A stretch of DNA of 64,000 nt from Gammaproteobacteria bacterium (GTDB lineage Bacteria > Pseudomonadota > Gammaproteobacteria > Steroidobacterales > Steroidobacteraceae): assembly GCA_025357915.1 (NCBI GenBank), contig JANYLH010000044.1:14390-78389 (forward strand). Direction: 5' to 3'. Under the pieces are notes generated by a model. The model ran no database searches. It was not told the DNA's origin and saw only the letters and a program-made list of their open reading frames with translations. Positions 55,525-64,000 of the stretch are shown one piece after another. Within the stretch, counting starts at the first letter, position 1. Each line of letters starts with the position of its first letter. Made by a program: the position numbers and the translations under genes.

Positions 55525-56273
55525 GTGTCGTCTTCCTGTTCCCGTTCCTGCAAAAATTCCTGCAGCAGCGCCGCGCGCTGCGCATCCAGTGTCACTCCCG
55601 CCAGCAGCTCGCGCCGCCGCAGCCAGGTGCGCCCGAGCGCCTGCTTGAGCCGCCAGCGGTCGATCGCCGCGTGGTCGCCCGACAGCAGCACCGGTGGCAC
55701 CCGCCGTCCCGCGTACTCCTCGGGCCGCGTAAAGTGCGGCCAGTCGAGCAGCCCGTCGCTGAACGACTCCTGCTGCGCCGAGCGCTCGTCGCCCAGCGCC
55801 CCCGGCAGGAGCCGCGCCAGCGCGTCGATCAGCACCAGCGCCGGCAGCTCCCCGCCCGAGAGCACATAATCACCGATCGAGAGCTCGAGATCGACTTCCG
55901 TCTCGAGCACCCGTTCATCCATGCCTTCGTAACGCCCGGCGACCAGCACCAGCGCGTTGTTCGCGGCCAGCGCTCGCACCCGCGCCTGCTCCAACCGCTC
56001 ACCCTGCGCCGAGAACGCCACGGTCAGGCTCCCGGCCGGAAGCCGCGCCCGCGCGGCACGGATCGCCGCACACAATGGCTCTGGCTTCATCACCATGCCG
56101 GGCCCGCCACCATACGGCCGGTCGTCCACCGTGCGGTGTACGTCGCTCGTATAGGCGCGCGGATCACAGGTGCCTACCCTCAGCAGCGAGCGCTCCTGCG
56201 CCCGCCCCACGATTCCGTGCCGCAGCGCCTCCCGGATCATCTCCGGAAACAGCGTGACCACTTCGATCAGCAC
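55521..56273 (-). CDS. trmD: tRNA (guanine37-N1)-methyltransferase
   Basis: VVTLFPEM...[13 protein letters not shown]...[10 protein letters not shown]...[14 protein letters not shown], which are TrmD signatures. Confidence 0.95.
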   Translation of the reverse strand: MLIEVVTLFPEMIREALRHGIVGRAQERSLLRVGTCDPRAYTSDVHRTVDDRPYGGGPGMVMKPEPLCAAIRAARARLPAGSLTVAFSAQGERLEQARVRALAANNALVLVAGRYEGMDERVLETEVDLELSIGDYVLSGGELPALVLIDALARLLPGALGDERSAQQESFSDGLLDWPHFTRPEEYAGRRVPPVLLSGDHAAIDRWRLKQALGRTWLRRRELLAGVTLDAQRAALLQEFLQEREQEDDT

Positions 56274-56298
56274 CTGCGCTCACCGCCCCGCGGACCGC

Positions 56299-56814
56299 CT
56301 ACAGATCGTCAGGCCAATCCACTTCAATCTCGCCCTGCGCCAGGTCGACACGCACCAGGTGAGTGGGTACCGCAGGTATCCACAGCTCCCGTATGCCCGT
56401 CACCACCATCACCGGCGCGGCGGGCGCCTCGACAAAATGGCTGACCCGACCCAGTTCCCGGCCCGCGCGGTTGGCCACGCGGAACCCGATCAGGTCGTCG
56501 CGGTAGTACTCCCGCGGCGCGGTCGGCGGCAAGGCCTCGCGCTCGACCTCGATGTCCCTGCCGCGCAGCAATTCGGCGGCATCCCGATCTTCGATGCCCG
56601 CGAACCTGGCGCGGAGCCACCGTCCGTCAAACGCGGCCTCCGCCACCTGGTACGGCGCGCGCCGGCCTTCAGCGTCAGCCAGCAGCCAGGCCTTGTGCTG
56701 CAGCAGGTTGTCAGGCGGATCGGTATAAGACTGGATCTTCAGCCAACCGCGTACTCCCGCGGCACCGAGCACCCGCCCGAGCTTCACGAAGCGCGGCGGC
56801 CGGACTTCGGCCAC
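56299..56814 (-). CDS. rimM: 16S rRNA processing protein RimM
   Basis: LGRVLGAAGVRGWLKI... followed by a PRC-barrel C-terminus, located between rpsP and trmD. Confidence 0.9.
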   Translation of the reverse strand: MAEVRPPRFVKLGRVLGAAGVRGWLKIQSYTDPPDNLLQHKAWLLADAEGRRAPYQVAEAAFDGRWLRARFAGIEDRDAAELLRGRDIEVEREALPPTAPREYYRDDLIGFRVANRAGRELGRVSHFVEAPAAPVMVVTGIRELWIPAVPTHLVRVDLAQGEIEVDWPDDL

Positions 56815-56826
56815 GAGCCCTGGGCC

Positions 56827-57081
56827 TTAAGCCGTCGCCTGCTTGCGGTAGCCGGCCACGAGGTTGCGCACGCGATCGGACAACTGTGCCCCAAGCCCGA
56901 CCCAATGGTCGATGCGACCGACCTCGAGCCGCAGACGGGTTTCCTTGCCACGCGCGACGGGATTGAAGAAGCCGACTTGCTCGAGGCTCGAGCCGCCCTG
57001 GCGCTTGCGGCTGTCAGTCACCACCACGTGGTAGAAAGGCTGATTCTTGGCGCCGCGCCGGGTGAGACGAATGGTGACCAT
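56827..57081 (-). CDS. rpsP: 30S ribosomal protein S16
   Basis: [25 protein letters not shown] is a canonical S16 sequence. Confidence 0.97.
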   Translation of the reverse strand: MVTIRLTRRGAKNQPFYHVVVTDSRKRQGGSSLEQVGFFNPVARGKETRLRLEVGRIDHWVGLGAQLSDRVRNLVAGYRKQATA

Positions 57082-57158
57082 GTTTAACGAAGCTCTGGGG
57101 TCAAAAAAAGAGCGCGGATTCTACGCAAAGGCTGGCCAGACTTAAAGCCCTCAATGAC

Positions 57159-58511
57159 TTATCGCTGCGGGGCCCCGCCCTTGAAAGCCCCCATGAGGCG
57201 GCGCAGGCCCCCACCCTTGAGCTGTTTCATCATCTTCTGCATCTCCAGGAACTGCTTCATCAGGCGATTGACGTCCTGGACCTGCACCCCTGCCCCCCTG
57301 GCGATCCGCCGCCTCCGGGAGCCGTCTATGAGCCCGGGCACACGGCGCTCTTTCGGGGTCATGGAGTCGATAATGGCCATCTGGCGCCGAATCTGGCGCT
57401 CGCCCTGTTCAGGCGGCATGCTCGAACGTTGGGTCATCTGGGTTGGGAGCTTGTCCATCAGGGCCCCCAGGCCCCCCATGCGCTGCACCTGGTCCAGCTG
57501 GGAGCGCAGATCGGCCAGGTCGAAGCCCTTGCCCTGGCTGACCTTGCGGGCCAGCCGTTCGGCCTCCCCGGTCTCGATGTTGCGCTGCACACTCTCGACC
57601 AGGGCAACGACGTCGCCCATCCCGAGGATCCGCCGGGCCATGCGCTCGGGGTCAAACAGCTCGAGCGCCTCGGTCTTCTCGCCGACCCCCAGGAACACAA
57701 TCGGCCTGCCGGTCACCTCGCGCACCGACAGGGCCGCGCCGCCCCGGGCGTCTCCATCCGCCTTGGTGAGGATGATGCCGGTGAGCTCCAGTGCGGCCCC
57801 GAAGGCGCGCGCCGAGTTGAGCGCGTCCTGGCCCGACATGGCGTCGACGACGAACAAGCGCTGGTGCGCGCCCACGGCGGCGTCGATCTCCTGCACTTCG
57901 CTCATCAATTCGCTGTCGATATGGAGCCGTCCGGCCGTGTCGACGATCAGCACGTCGTAGACACCGCTGCGGGCGTGCTGCAAGGCGGCCGTGGCAATTG
58001 CGGTGGGGTCATTGCAGGCAGTTGGCGGCGCAAAGAAATCGGCCTCGACCTGCCCGGCGAGCCGCTCGAGCTGGAGTATGGCCGCCGGCCGCCGCACGTC
58101 GGTACTCACCAGTAGCACGCGGCGCTTGTGCGTCTCCTTGAGCCACCGGGCGAGCTTGCCAGCGGTCGTGGTCTTGCCCGCGCCCTGGAGGCCCGCCAGC
58201 AGCAGCACCAGCGGCGGGGTCACGTTGAGCGCCAGGCCGCTGCTTGCGCCTCCGAGCAGCTCCACCAGTTCACGGTGCAGGATGCCGATCAGCGCCTGGC
58301 CGGGGCTGAGGCTGGCGCTGACCTCGGCGCCCAGCGCGCGCACCCTGACGGCATCGATGAAGCGCTTGACCACCGGCAGCGCGACGTCAGCCTCGAGCAG
58401 CGCGATACGCACCTCGCGGAGCGTGTCGGCGATGTTGTCTTCGGTGAGGCGTCCGCGGCCCCGCAGCGCGGCTACCGCAGCACTGAGCCGCCCGGTTAAC
58501 TGGTCAAACAT
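57159..58511 (-). CDS. ffh: signal recognition particle protein Ffh
   Basis: NG domain (GLQGAGKTTTAGKLA, DTAGRL, TKADGD) plus a Met-rich M domain. Confidence 0.97.
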   Translation of the reverse strand: MFDQLTGRLSAAVAALRGRGRLTEDNIADTLREVRIALLEADVALPVVKRFIDAVRVRALGAEVSASLSPGQALIGILHRELVELLGGASSGLALNVTPPLVLLLAGLQGAGKTTTAGKLARWLKETHKRRVLLVSTDVRRPAAILQLERLAGQVEADFFAPPTACNDPTAIATAALQHARSGVYDVLIVDTAGRLHIDSELMSEVQEIDAAVGAHQRLFVVDAMSGQDALNSARAFGAALELTGIILTKADGDARGGAALSVREVTGRPIVFLGVGEKTEALELFDPERMARRILGMGDVVALVESVQRNIETGEAERLARKVSQGKGFDLADLRSQLDQVQRMGGLGALMDKLPTQMTQRSSMPPEQGERQIRRQMAIIDSMTPKERRVPGLIDGSRRRRIARGAGVQVQDVNRLMKQFLEMQKMMKQLKGGGLRRLMGAFKGGAPQR

Positions 58512-58591
58512 CAGGTAATTATACGGTACGGCACAGTCCCGGCTCGCCAGGCTCTATGCTATGGGCCCCCGATTGATCCCAAGGTGTCCGC

Positions 58592-59860
58592 GTGGATACG
58601 GCTCCAACCCCCCAACTGATCCTGACGCTGCTGGGCCTGCTCATCGTGATCGCATTTTCCTCGGGTACCGAGGTGGCGATGCTGTCGGTCAACCGCTACC
58701 GGGTCCGCACCCGCGCCGCCGCTGGCGAGCGCCGCGCCCGCGCGCTCGAGCGACTGCTCGCCAAACCCGACCAGTGGCTGGGCGCCAACCTGGTAATCCT
58801 GGCGCTCGCCAGCGTCGCCGCCTCGACCGTGGCCACGCTGCTGGCGCTGCGCGCGCATTACGAGCACGCGCTCCCGGTGGCGATGTTCGGACTGACCGTG
58901 TTCATCATCATCTTCTGCGAGCTGGCTCCGAAGATCTACGCCGCCGTGCACAGCGAAGCGGTGGCGCTGAACTCGACCATGGTCTACCGCGTACTGCTGT
59001 GGCTCACCTGGCCGGCCCTGTGGATCACCAACCGCGCCGCCTACGGATTCCTGCGCCTGTTCGGGATGCGCGGCGCCGCGCACGGCGCGCAGGCCCTGAG
59101 CGCCGAGGAGCTGCGCACCGTAGTGAGCGAGTCGAGCGCGCTGATACCGGCGCGCCACCGGCAGATGCTGCTGTCGATCCTCGACCTCGAGCGCGTCACG
59201 GTGAATGACATCATGATTCCGCGCCAGGACATTGCCGGCGTCGATATCTCGGGCGACTGGGAGGACGTGCTCGAGCGGCTCCGCCAGACCCCCCACACGC
59301 GGCTCCCGGTGTACGACGGCGAACTCGACAACCTGGTCGGGATCCTGCACATGAAGCGCACCGCGCAGGAATTCGCGCGCGGTTCGCTGACCCGCGAGCG
59401 GCTCATCGAGCTGGCGGCGGCGCGCGAGCCCTACTTCGTGCCCGAGGGTACCTCGCTCATGCACCAGCTCGCGCAGTTCCAGCGCAACCGGCGCCGGCAC
59501 GCCTTCGTCGTCAATGAATACGGCGACATCGAGGGCCTGGTGACGCTCGAAGACCTGCTCGAGGAGATCGTCGGCGAATTCACCACCGACCCGGCCACGG
59601 TCGGCCACAAGGACGTGCACCGCGACGCCAGCGGCGCGTGGCTCGTCAACGGCAGCGCCACGATCCGCGCACTGAACCGCTCGCTCGGCTGGCAGCTGCC
59701 CGACCTCGGCCCCAAGACGCTCAACGGCCTGCTGCTCGAAAAGCTCGAAGACATCCCGCAGGCGGGCACCTCGCTGCGGATCGGGGCGCTGGAATTCGAG
59801 GTGCTGCAGACGGTCGACAACTCGATCCGCACGGTGCGGGTACGGCCGATCACCGCCTGA
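58592..59860 (+). CDS. DUF21/CBS-pair/CorC_HlyC family transporter (CorB/YfjD-like)
   Basis: An N-terminal DUF21 membrane domain, a CBS pair (VNDIMIPRQDI..., FVVNEYGDIEGLVTLEDLLEEIVGE) and a C-terminal CorC domain. It lies beside ffh, as in E. coli. Confidence 0.85.
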   Translation: MDTAPTPQLILTLLGLLIVIAFSSGTEVAMLSVNRYRVRTRAAAGERRARALERLLAKPDQWLGANLVILALASVAASTVATLLALRAHYEHALPVAMFGLTVFIIIFCELAPKIYAAVHSEAVALNSTMVYRVLLWLTWPALWITNRAAYGFLRLFGMRGAAHGAQALSAEELRTVVSESSALIPARHRQMLLSILDLERVTVNDIMIPRQDIAGVDISGDWEDVLERLRQTPHTRLPVYDGELDNLVGILHMKRTAQEFARGSLTRERLIELAAAREPYFVPEGTSLMHQLAQFQRNRRRHAFVVNEYGDIEGLVTLEDLLEEIVGEFTTDPATVGHKDVHRDASGAWLVNGSATIRALNRSLGWQLPDLGPKTLNGLLLEKLEDIPQAGTSLRIGALEFEVLQTVDNSIRTVRVRPITA

Positions 59861-59862
59861 GG

Positions 59863-61236
59863 CTAGGCGCGGGGCGCGGGTGCAAACGCGGCGTCGAGCG
59901 CCTCGGCGAGGGTGGACACCGCAATGACCTTCACGCCGTCGGCAGCGGATCGCGGCGCGTTCTGCTGCGGCACGATGGCGCGCGTGTAGCCCTGCTTGTG
60001 CAGCTCCTTCAGCCGCTCTTCGCCGTAGGGCACTGGCCGCACCTCGCCCGTGAGCCCCAGCTCGCCAAATGCGACCAGCTTCCCGTCGAGCGGTTCGCCG
60101 CGCAGGCTCGAGGCCAGCGCGAGCGCCAGCGGCAGGTCGGTCGCGGTCTCGGTGATGGTCAGACCACCGACCAGGTTCACGTAGACGTCATGCTCGGCCA
60201 GCGACACGCGGGAATGACGGCTCATCACCGCCAGCAGCATCGCCAGGCGGTTCGCGTCGACACCCTGCGCGACGCGGCGCGGCGTCGAGAAACGCGTGGC
60301 GTCGGTCAGCGCCTGCACTTCGATGAGCAGCGGGCGGCCGCCGTCGCGCGCCACCATCACCAGGCTCCCGGGAACCGGCTGCGGGTTGCGTGACAGGAAG
60401 ATCGCCGACGGGTTACGCACCTCGCGCAGGCCGGCCGCCGACATGGCGAAGAAGCCCAGCTCGTTGACCGGGCCAAACCGGTTCTTGGTGGCGCGCAGCA
60501 TGCGGTAGCGGCTGCCGGCGTCGGCGTCGAAGTACAGCACGGTGTCCACGAGGTGCTCGAGGAGCTTCGGGCCCGCGATCGCGCCATCCTTGGTGACGTG
60601 CCCAACGATGATGACCGAGGTGCCGCCCTGCTTCGCAAAGCGCACCAGTGCGGCCGTGCCCTCGCGCAACTGTTGCGCCGAGCCGGGGCTCGATTCCACG
60701 CTGCTGGTCTGCATGGTCTGGATCGAATCCACCACCAGCAGCGCCGCGCGCCGCTCGGTGCACAGCGCCATGATCGACTCGAGCGAGTTGTCACTGACGA
60801 GCGTGAGGTGCGGCGCGGTCAGGGAGAGCCGCCGCGCGCGCTGCGTGATCTGCTGCGTCGATTCTTCGCCGGAGGCGTACAGCACCGGCCGCCCGGCGCC
60901 GACCGCCGCCGCGACCTGCAGCAGCAGGGTCGACTTGCCGATGCCCGGCTCGCCCCCGAGCAGGCTTACCGAACCCACGCCGAGCCCGCCACCGAACACG
61001 CGATCGAGTTCGGACTGCCCGAGGCTCAGCCGTTCCTCCGCACCCGGATCCGCGGCCAGCGCCACGGGTACCGCTGCGGCGCCGGCCCCCGCGCCGCCCC
61101 CGGCGCCGGCCTGGGCACGCACCCCGACCATGCGCGTGAGGGTGTTCCATTCGCTGCAATGCGGACATTGGCCCTGCCATTTCAGCGATTCGCCCCCGCA
61201 GGAGCTGCAGACGTAGACCGGTTGGTTGCGCGCCAT
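59863..61236 (-). CDS. radA: DNA repair protein RadA/Sms
   Basis: A zinc finger (YVCSSCGGESLKWQGQCPHC), Walker A (GGEPGIGKSTLLLQ), KNRFG, and a Lon-like C-terminal domain. Start taken at the internal ATG 61236. Confidence 0.95.
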   Translation of the reverse strand: MARNQPVYVCSSCGGESLKWQGQCPHCSEWNTLTRMVGVRAQAGAGGGAGAGAAAVPVALAADPGAEERLSLGQSELDRVFGGGLGVGSVSLLGGEPGIGKSTLLLQVAAAVGAGRPVLYASGEESTQQITQRARRLSLTAPHLTLVSDNSLESIMALCTERRAALLVVDSIQTMQTSSVESSPGSAQQLREGTAALVRFAKQGGTSVIIVGHVTKDGAIAGPKLLEHLVDTVLYFDADAGSRYRMLRATKNRFGPVNELGFFAMSAAGLREVRNPSAIFLSRNPQPVPGSLVMVARDGGRPLLIEVQALTDATRFSTPRRVAQGVDANRLAMLLAVMSRHSRVSLAEHDVYVNLVGGLTITETATDLPLALALASSLRGEPLDGKLVAFGELGLTGEVRPVPYGEERLKELHKQGYTRAIVPQQNAPRSAADGVKVIAVSTLAEALDAAFAPAPRA

Positions 61237-61483
61237 GACAGACTTGTAAGCCAGCGCCCGTCGCAGCGCAATCGAAACTCCAGTACGATGCCGCGGTATT
61301 GCGGGCGCGGCCGGCCCGATCCGGTGCATCTGTGACCCCAGACGCGCCCGGGAGGGGCCGCGGATGGTAACTTTTGCGGCGCGGCGCGCTCCAGCCGCTC
61401 GACCAGGAAGGCAGCGGACCAGTACCTGTGATCCAGTTCACGCTTTCAAGCCAGCTCAAGAGCCCGGGCCCCAGGGTCCGCCG

Positions 61484-62308
61484 ATGAGCCTCAAAGGCAA
61501 GCTCCGCTGTGTGGGGCTGACGGACACCGGCCGTGTCCGTGAACACAACGAGGACACGATCGCCTGGGATGCCAACATGGGGCTGCTGGTGCTGGCCGAC
61601 GGCATGGGCGGCTACAACGCCGGCGAAGTGGCCAGCGGCATCGCGGTCAAGACCATCGTCAACCTGGTGCGCGAGGCGATCGAGCGCGAGGACCTCACGG
61701 CCCCCGATGTGGGCACCGGCCTGTCGCGCACCGCCATCATCCTGCGCGATGCCATCACCCGCGCCAACAAGATCATCTTCCAGACCGCGCGCACGCAGCC
61801 CAACTGCGAAGGCATGGGCACGACCGTGGTCGGCGCCCTGTTCCACGACAACCGCGTGACCATCGCCCACGTGGGCGACTCGCGCCTGTACCGGCTGCGC
61901 GGGGACGGTTTCGAGCAGATCACGCTCGACCATTCGCTCCTCCAGGAGCTGGTCGACCGCGGTTTCTACTCGCCCGAGGAAGCGCAGCGCGCCGCCAACA
62001 AGAACTACGTGACCCGCGCGCTGGGCGTCGAGGCGGGGGTCGAGGTCGAGATCCAGGAACACCCGGCGCAGCGCGGCGATATCTACGTGCTCTGCTCCGA
62101 CGGCCTGTCGGACATGGTCGAGGACGACGATATTCACTTAACGATCAACACCTTTGGTGCTAACCTTGATACCGTAGCGAAACATCTGGTCCAGCTCGGC
62201 AACGACAACGGGGGGAAAGACAATATTTCCGTTCTGCTGGCCCAGGTCGTTGATTCATTCCCGGTGCGTCGTGGAGTATTGGACCGCATGCTCGGTTGGT
62301 TCAGCTGA
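61484..62308 (+). CDS. PP2C-family Ser/Thr protein phosphatase (Stp-like)
   Basis: GLTDTGRVREHNED, LVLADGMGG, GMGTTVV, AHVGDSR, LCSDGLSD and GGKDNISVLL are PP2C motifs. Start taken at the internal ATG 61484. Confidence 0.85.
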   Translation: MSLKGKLRCVGLTDTGRVREHNEDTIAWDANMGLLVLADGMGGYNAGEVASGIAVKTIVNLVREAIEREDLTAPDVGTGLSRTAIILRDAITRANKIIFQTARTQPNCEGMGTTVVGALFHDNRVTIAHVGDSRLYRLRGDGFEQITLDHSLLQELVDRGFYSPEEAQRAANKNYVTRALGVEAGVEVEIQEHPAQRGDIYVLCSDGLSDMVEDDDIHLTINTFGANLDTVAKHLVQLGNDNGGKDNISVLLAQVVDSFPVRRGVLDRMLGWFS

Positions 62309-62339
62309 TCCCCAATAGACGAGAACAAAGCGAGTACAT

Positions 62340-63038
62340 ATGGCTAGGCTGATTCTAAGTCTCGACGGTCAGGTAATGGCCGAATACAACATGAACAAGG
62401 AGCGCTACACGATCGGGCGCCTCCCGGACAACGATATCCGGATCGACAATCCGGCTGTCAGCGGCCATCACTCGCTGATCATCAATATCCTCAACGACTC
62501 CTTCCTCGAAGACCTCAACAGCACCAACGGCACCTACGTCAACGGCAAGCTGATCAAGAAGCACGCGCTGCAGCATGGCGACGTCATCACCTGCGGCCAC
62601 CACCAGCTGCGCTTCGTCGAGGACGATACCGCCCAGCAGGACGAATTCGAAAAGACCATGGTGATCCAGCCCTCGGCCCGCCCGGTCGAAAAGGTGCGCG
62701 CTGCCGTGGCAGCGAGCGCCGAGGCCACCGCTTCACGGCGCACGCTCGGCAACGGTGCGCCAGCGCTCAAGAAGGCGCGGCTCCAGGTGCTCTCCGGCGC
62801 CTTTGCCGGACGCGAACTGGAACTGACCAAGACGCTCACCACGCTCGGCAGGCCGGGCGTGCAGGTGGCGGCGATCACGCGGCGCTCGGAAGGCTACTAC
62901 CTGGTGCACGTCGATGCCGACACGGCCGAGAACTACCCGCTGGTGAACGGCGCGCCGATCGGTGCGCACGCACGCAAGCTCGTGGACAACGATGTCATCC
63001 AGCTCGCCGGCGTCAAGATGGGATTTTTCGAGGGCTAG
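62340..63038 (+). CDS. protein with two FHA-like domains
   Basis: Domain 1: YTIGRLPDNDIRIDNPAVSGHHSLI...STNGTYVNGKLI...LQHGDVITCGHHQLRF. Domain 2: TTLGRPGVQVAAI...LVNGAPI...LVDNDVIQLAGVKMGF. Confidence 0.8.
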   Translation: MARLILSLDGQVMAEYNMNKERYTIGRLPDNDIRIDNPAVSGHHSLIINILNDSFLEDLNSTNGTYVNGKLIKKHALQHGDVITCGHHQLRFVEDDTAQQDEFEKTMVIQPSARPVEKVRAAVAASAEATASRRTLGNGAPALKKARLQVLSGAFAGRELELTKTLTTLGRPGVQVAAITRRSEGYYLVHVDADTAENYPLVNGAPIGAHARKLVDNDVIQLAGVKMGFFEG

Positions 63039-63059
63039 GCGCCCGCGCGGCGCCCGCCG

Positions 63060-64000
63060 TCAGCGCAGCACACCCTCTGCGTAGGAGTCCGCCGCGTAGT
63101 TGGCGAAGCGGCTGTACTGGCCCTGGAAGGTCAGCATGAAGGTGCCGATCTCGCCATTGCGGTGCTTCGCCAGGTCGATCTCGGCAATGCCGCGCTTGGG
63201 CGTGTTCTTGTCGTAGACCTCTTCGCGGTAGATCAAGAGGATCATGTCCGCGTCCTGCTCGATGGCCCCCGACTCGCGCAGGTCCGACATCACGGGCTTT
63301 TTCTCGGTACGGGCCTCGACGCCGCGATTGAGCTGCGAGAGCGCAATCACCGGCACCTGCAGTTCCTTGGCCAGCGCCTTGAGGCCGCGGGAAATCTCCG
63401 CGATCTCGGTGGCGCGGTTCTCCTTGGTGCCCGGCACCTGCATGAGCTGCAGGTAGTCGATGACGATCAGGTCGAGGCCGTGCTCGCGGGCCACGCGCCG
63501 CGCGCGCGCGCGGAGCTCCGTTGGCGTCAGGCCAGCCGACTCGTCGATGAAGATCCTGGCCTCGGCGAGCTGGCTGGTCGCCGCCGTGACCCGCACCCAG
63601 TCCTCGTCGGAGATCTGCCCACTGCGGATGCCGTTGAGCGGCACGCCGCCTATCGAGCTCAGCATGCGCGTCAGCAACTGCTCGGAGGGCATTTCCATGC
63701 TGAAAATGGCCACCGAGGAACGTGTGCCGGGATTCACCGCGGCGTACTCGGCGATGTTCATGGCCAGCGTGGTCTTGCCCATCGAGGGACGGCCGGCCAC
63801 GATGACCAGGTCACCGGGACGGAGCCCTCCGGTCTTGCGATCGAAATCGGCAAAGCCCGTGGGTAGCCCGCGCATCGAATTCGGGTTGGTGTGCCACTCG
63901 TCGATCTTGTCGATCAGTGGTGGCAGCAGCGCGCTCACCTTGATAGCGCCATCGCGCCGGCCGGTGCTCTGCTCGGCAATGGCAAACACCTGTTGCTCGG
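63060..64000 (-). CDS. dnaB: replicative DNA helicase DnaB (C-terminal part; N-terminus beyond window edge)
   Basis: Walker A (AGRPSMGKTTLAMN), IVIDYLQLM, ISRGLKALAKELQVPVIALSQLNR and DADMILLIYREEVY. The ORF runs off the window. Confidence 0.95.
   Translation of the reverse strand, partial: EQQVFAIAEQSTGRRDGAIKVSALLPPLIDKIDEWHTNPNSMRGLPTGFADFDRKTGGLRPGDLVIVAGRPSMGKTTLAMNIAEYAAVNPGTRSSVAIFSMEMPSEQLLTRMLSSIGGVPLNGIRSGQISDEDWVRVTAATSQLAEARIFIDESAGLTPTELRARARRVAREHGLDLIVIDYLQLMQVPGTKENRATEIAEISRGLKALAKELQVPVIALSQLNRGVEARTEKKPVMSDLRESGAIEQDADMILLIYREEVYDKNTPKRGIAEIDLAKHRNGEIGTFMLTFQGQYSRFANYAADSYAEGVLR

Noticed and set aside
63038-63054. GGCGCC-CGCGC-GGCGCC hairpin between the convergent FHA and dnaB genes, as a possible bidirectional terminator
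   Set aside because: The stem is only 6 bp and has no flanking T/A tracts, which is too weak to call.

Overview
This is a high-GC (roughly 68-70% by eye) proteobacterial chromosome segment. Gene content and synteny (bamC-like/dapA//gcvR-bcp, ffs-dnaX-ybaB-recR, rpsP-rimM-trmD-rplS next to ffh, mlaFEDCB, Rrf2-sufBCDS) suggest a Gammaproteobacterium of the Xanthomonadales/Nevskiales type; that placement is inference only. I call about 62 protein genes, one SRP (4.5S) RNA and one tRNA-Ser(GGA). I saw no CRISPR array, transposase, integrase, prophage or recognisable defence module. Most of the window is housekeeping: Fe-S assembly, Mla lipid transport, replication/repair, ribosome/SRP and envelope proteases. 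The stand-out is a co-directional plus-strand gene string from about 34.0 to 53.3 kb. It begins with a CHASE2-sensor class III (adenylyl-type) cyclase, a TPR/beta-barrel Slam (type XI secretion)-like outer-membrane protein, and a FecR-domain protein with a TbpB-like C-terminal barrel. Only 10 bp after that comes a seven-gene, overlap-coupled cluster. It encodes a cytoplasmic FAD/NAD(P) oxidoreductase fused to two cNMP-binding domains and a four-cluster ferredoxin, then a membrane protein with two HX13H (NOX/ferric-reductase-like bis-haem) motifs. Next are an FHA-TM-decahaem cytochrome c, a tandem GlcG/HbpS-like lipoprotein and a putative outer-membrane barrel. The last two genes are a 1246-aa decahaem cytochrome fused to LVIVD beta-propeller repeats, and a further multihaem cytochrome. 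I read this as a candidate cAMP-gated trans-envelope electron conduit that differs from the Mtr/Pio/Pcc types. All functional statements come from reading motifs in the supplied translations; no database search was possible.
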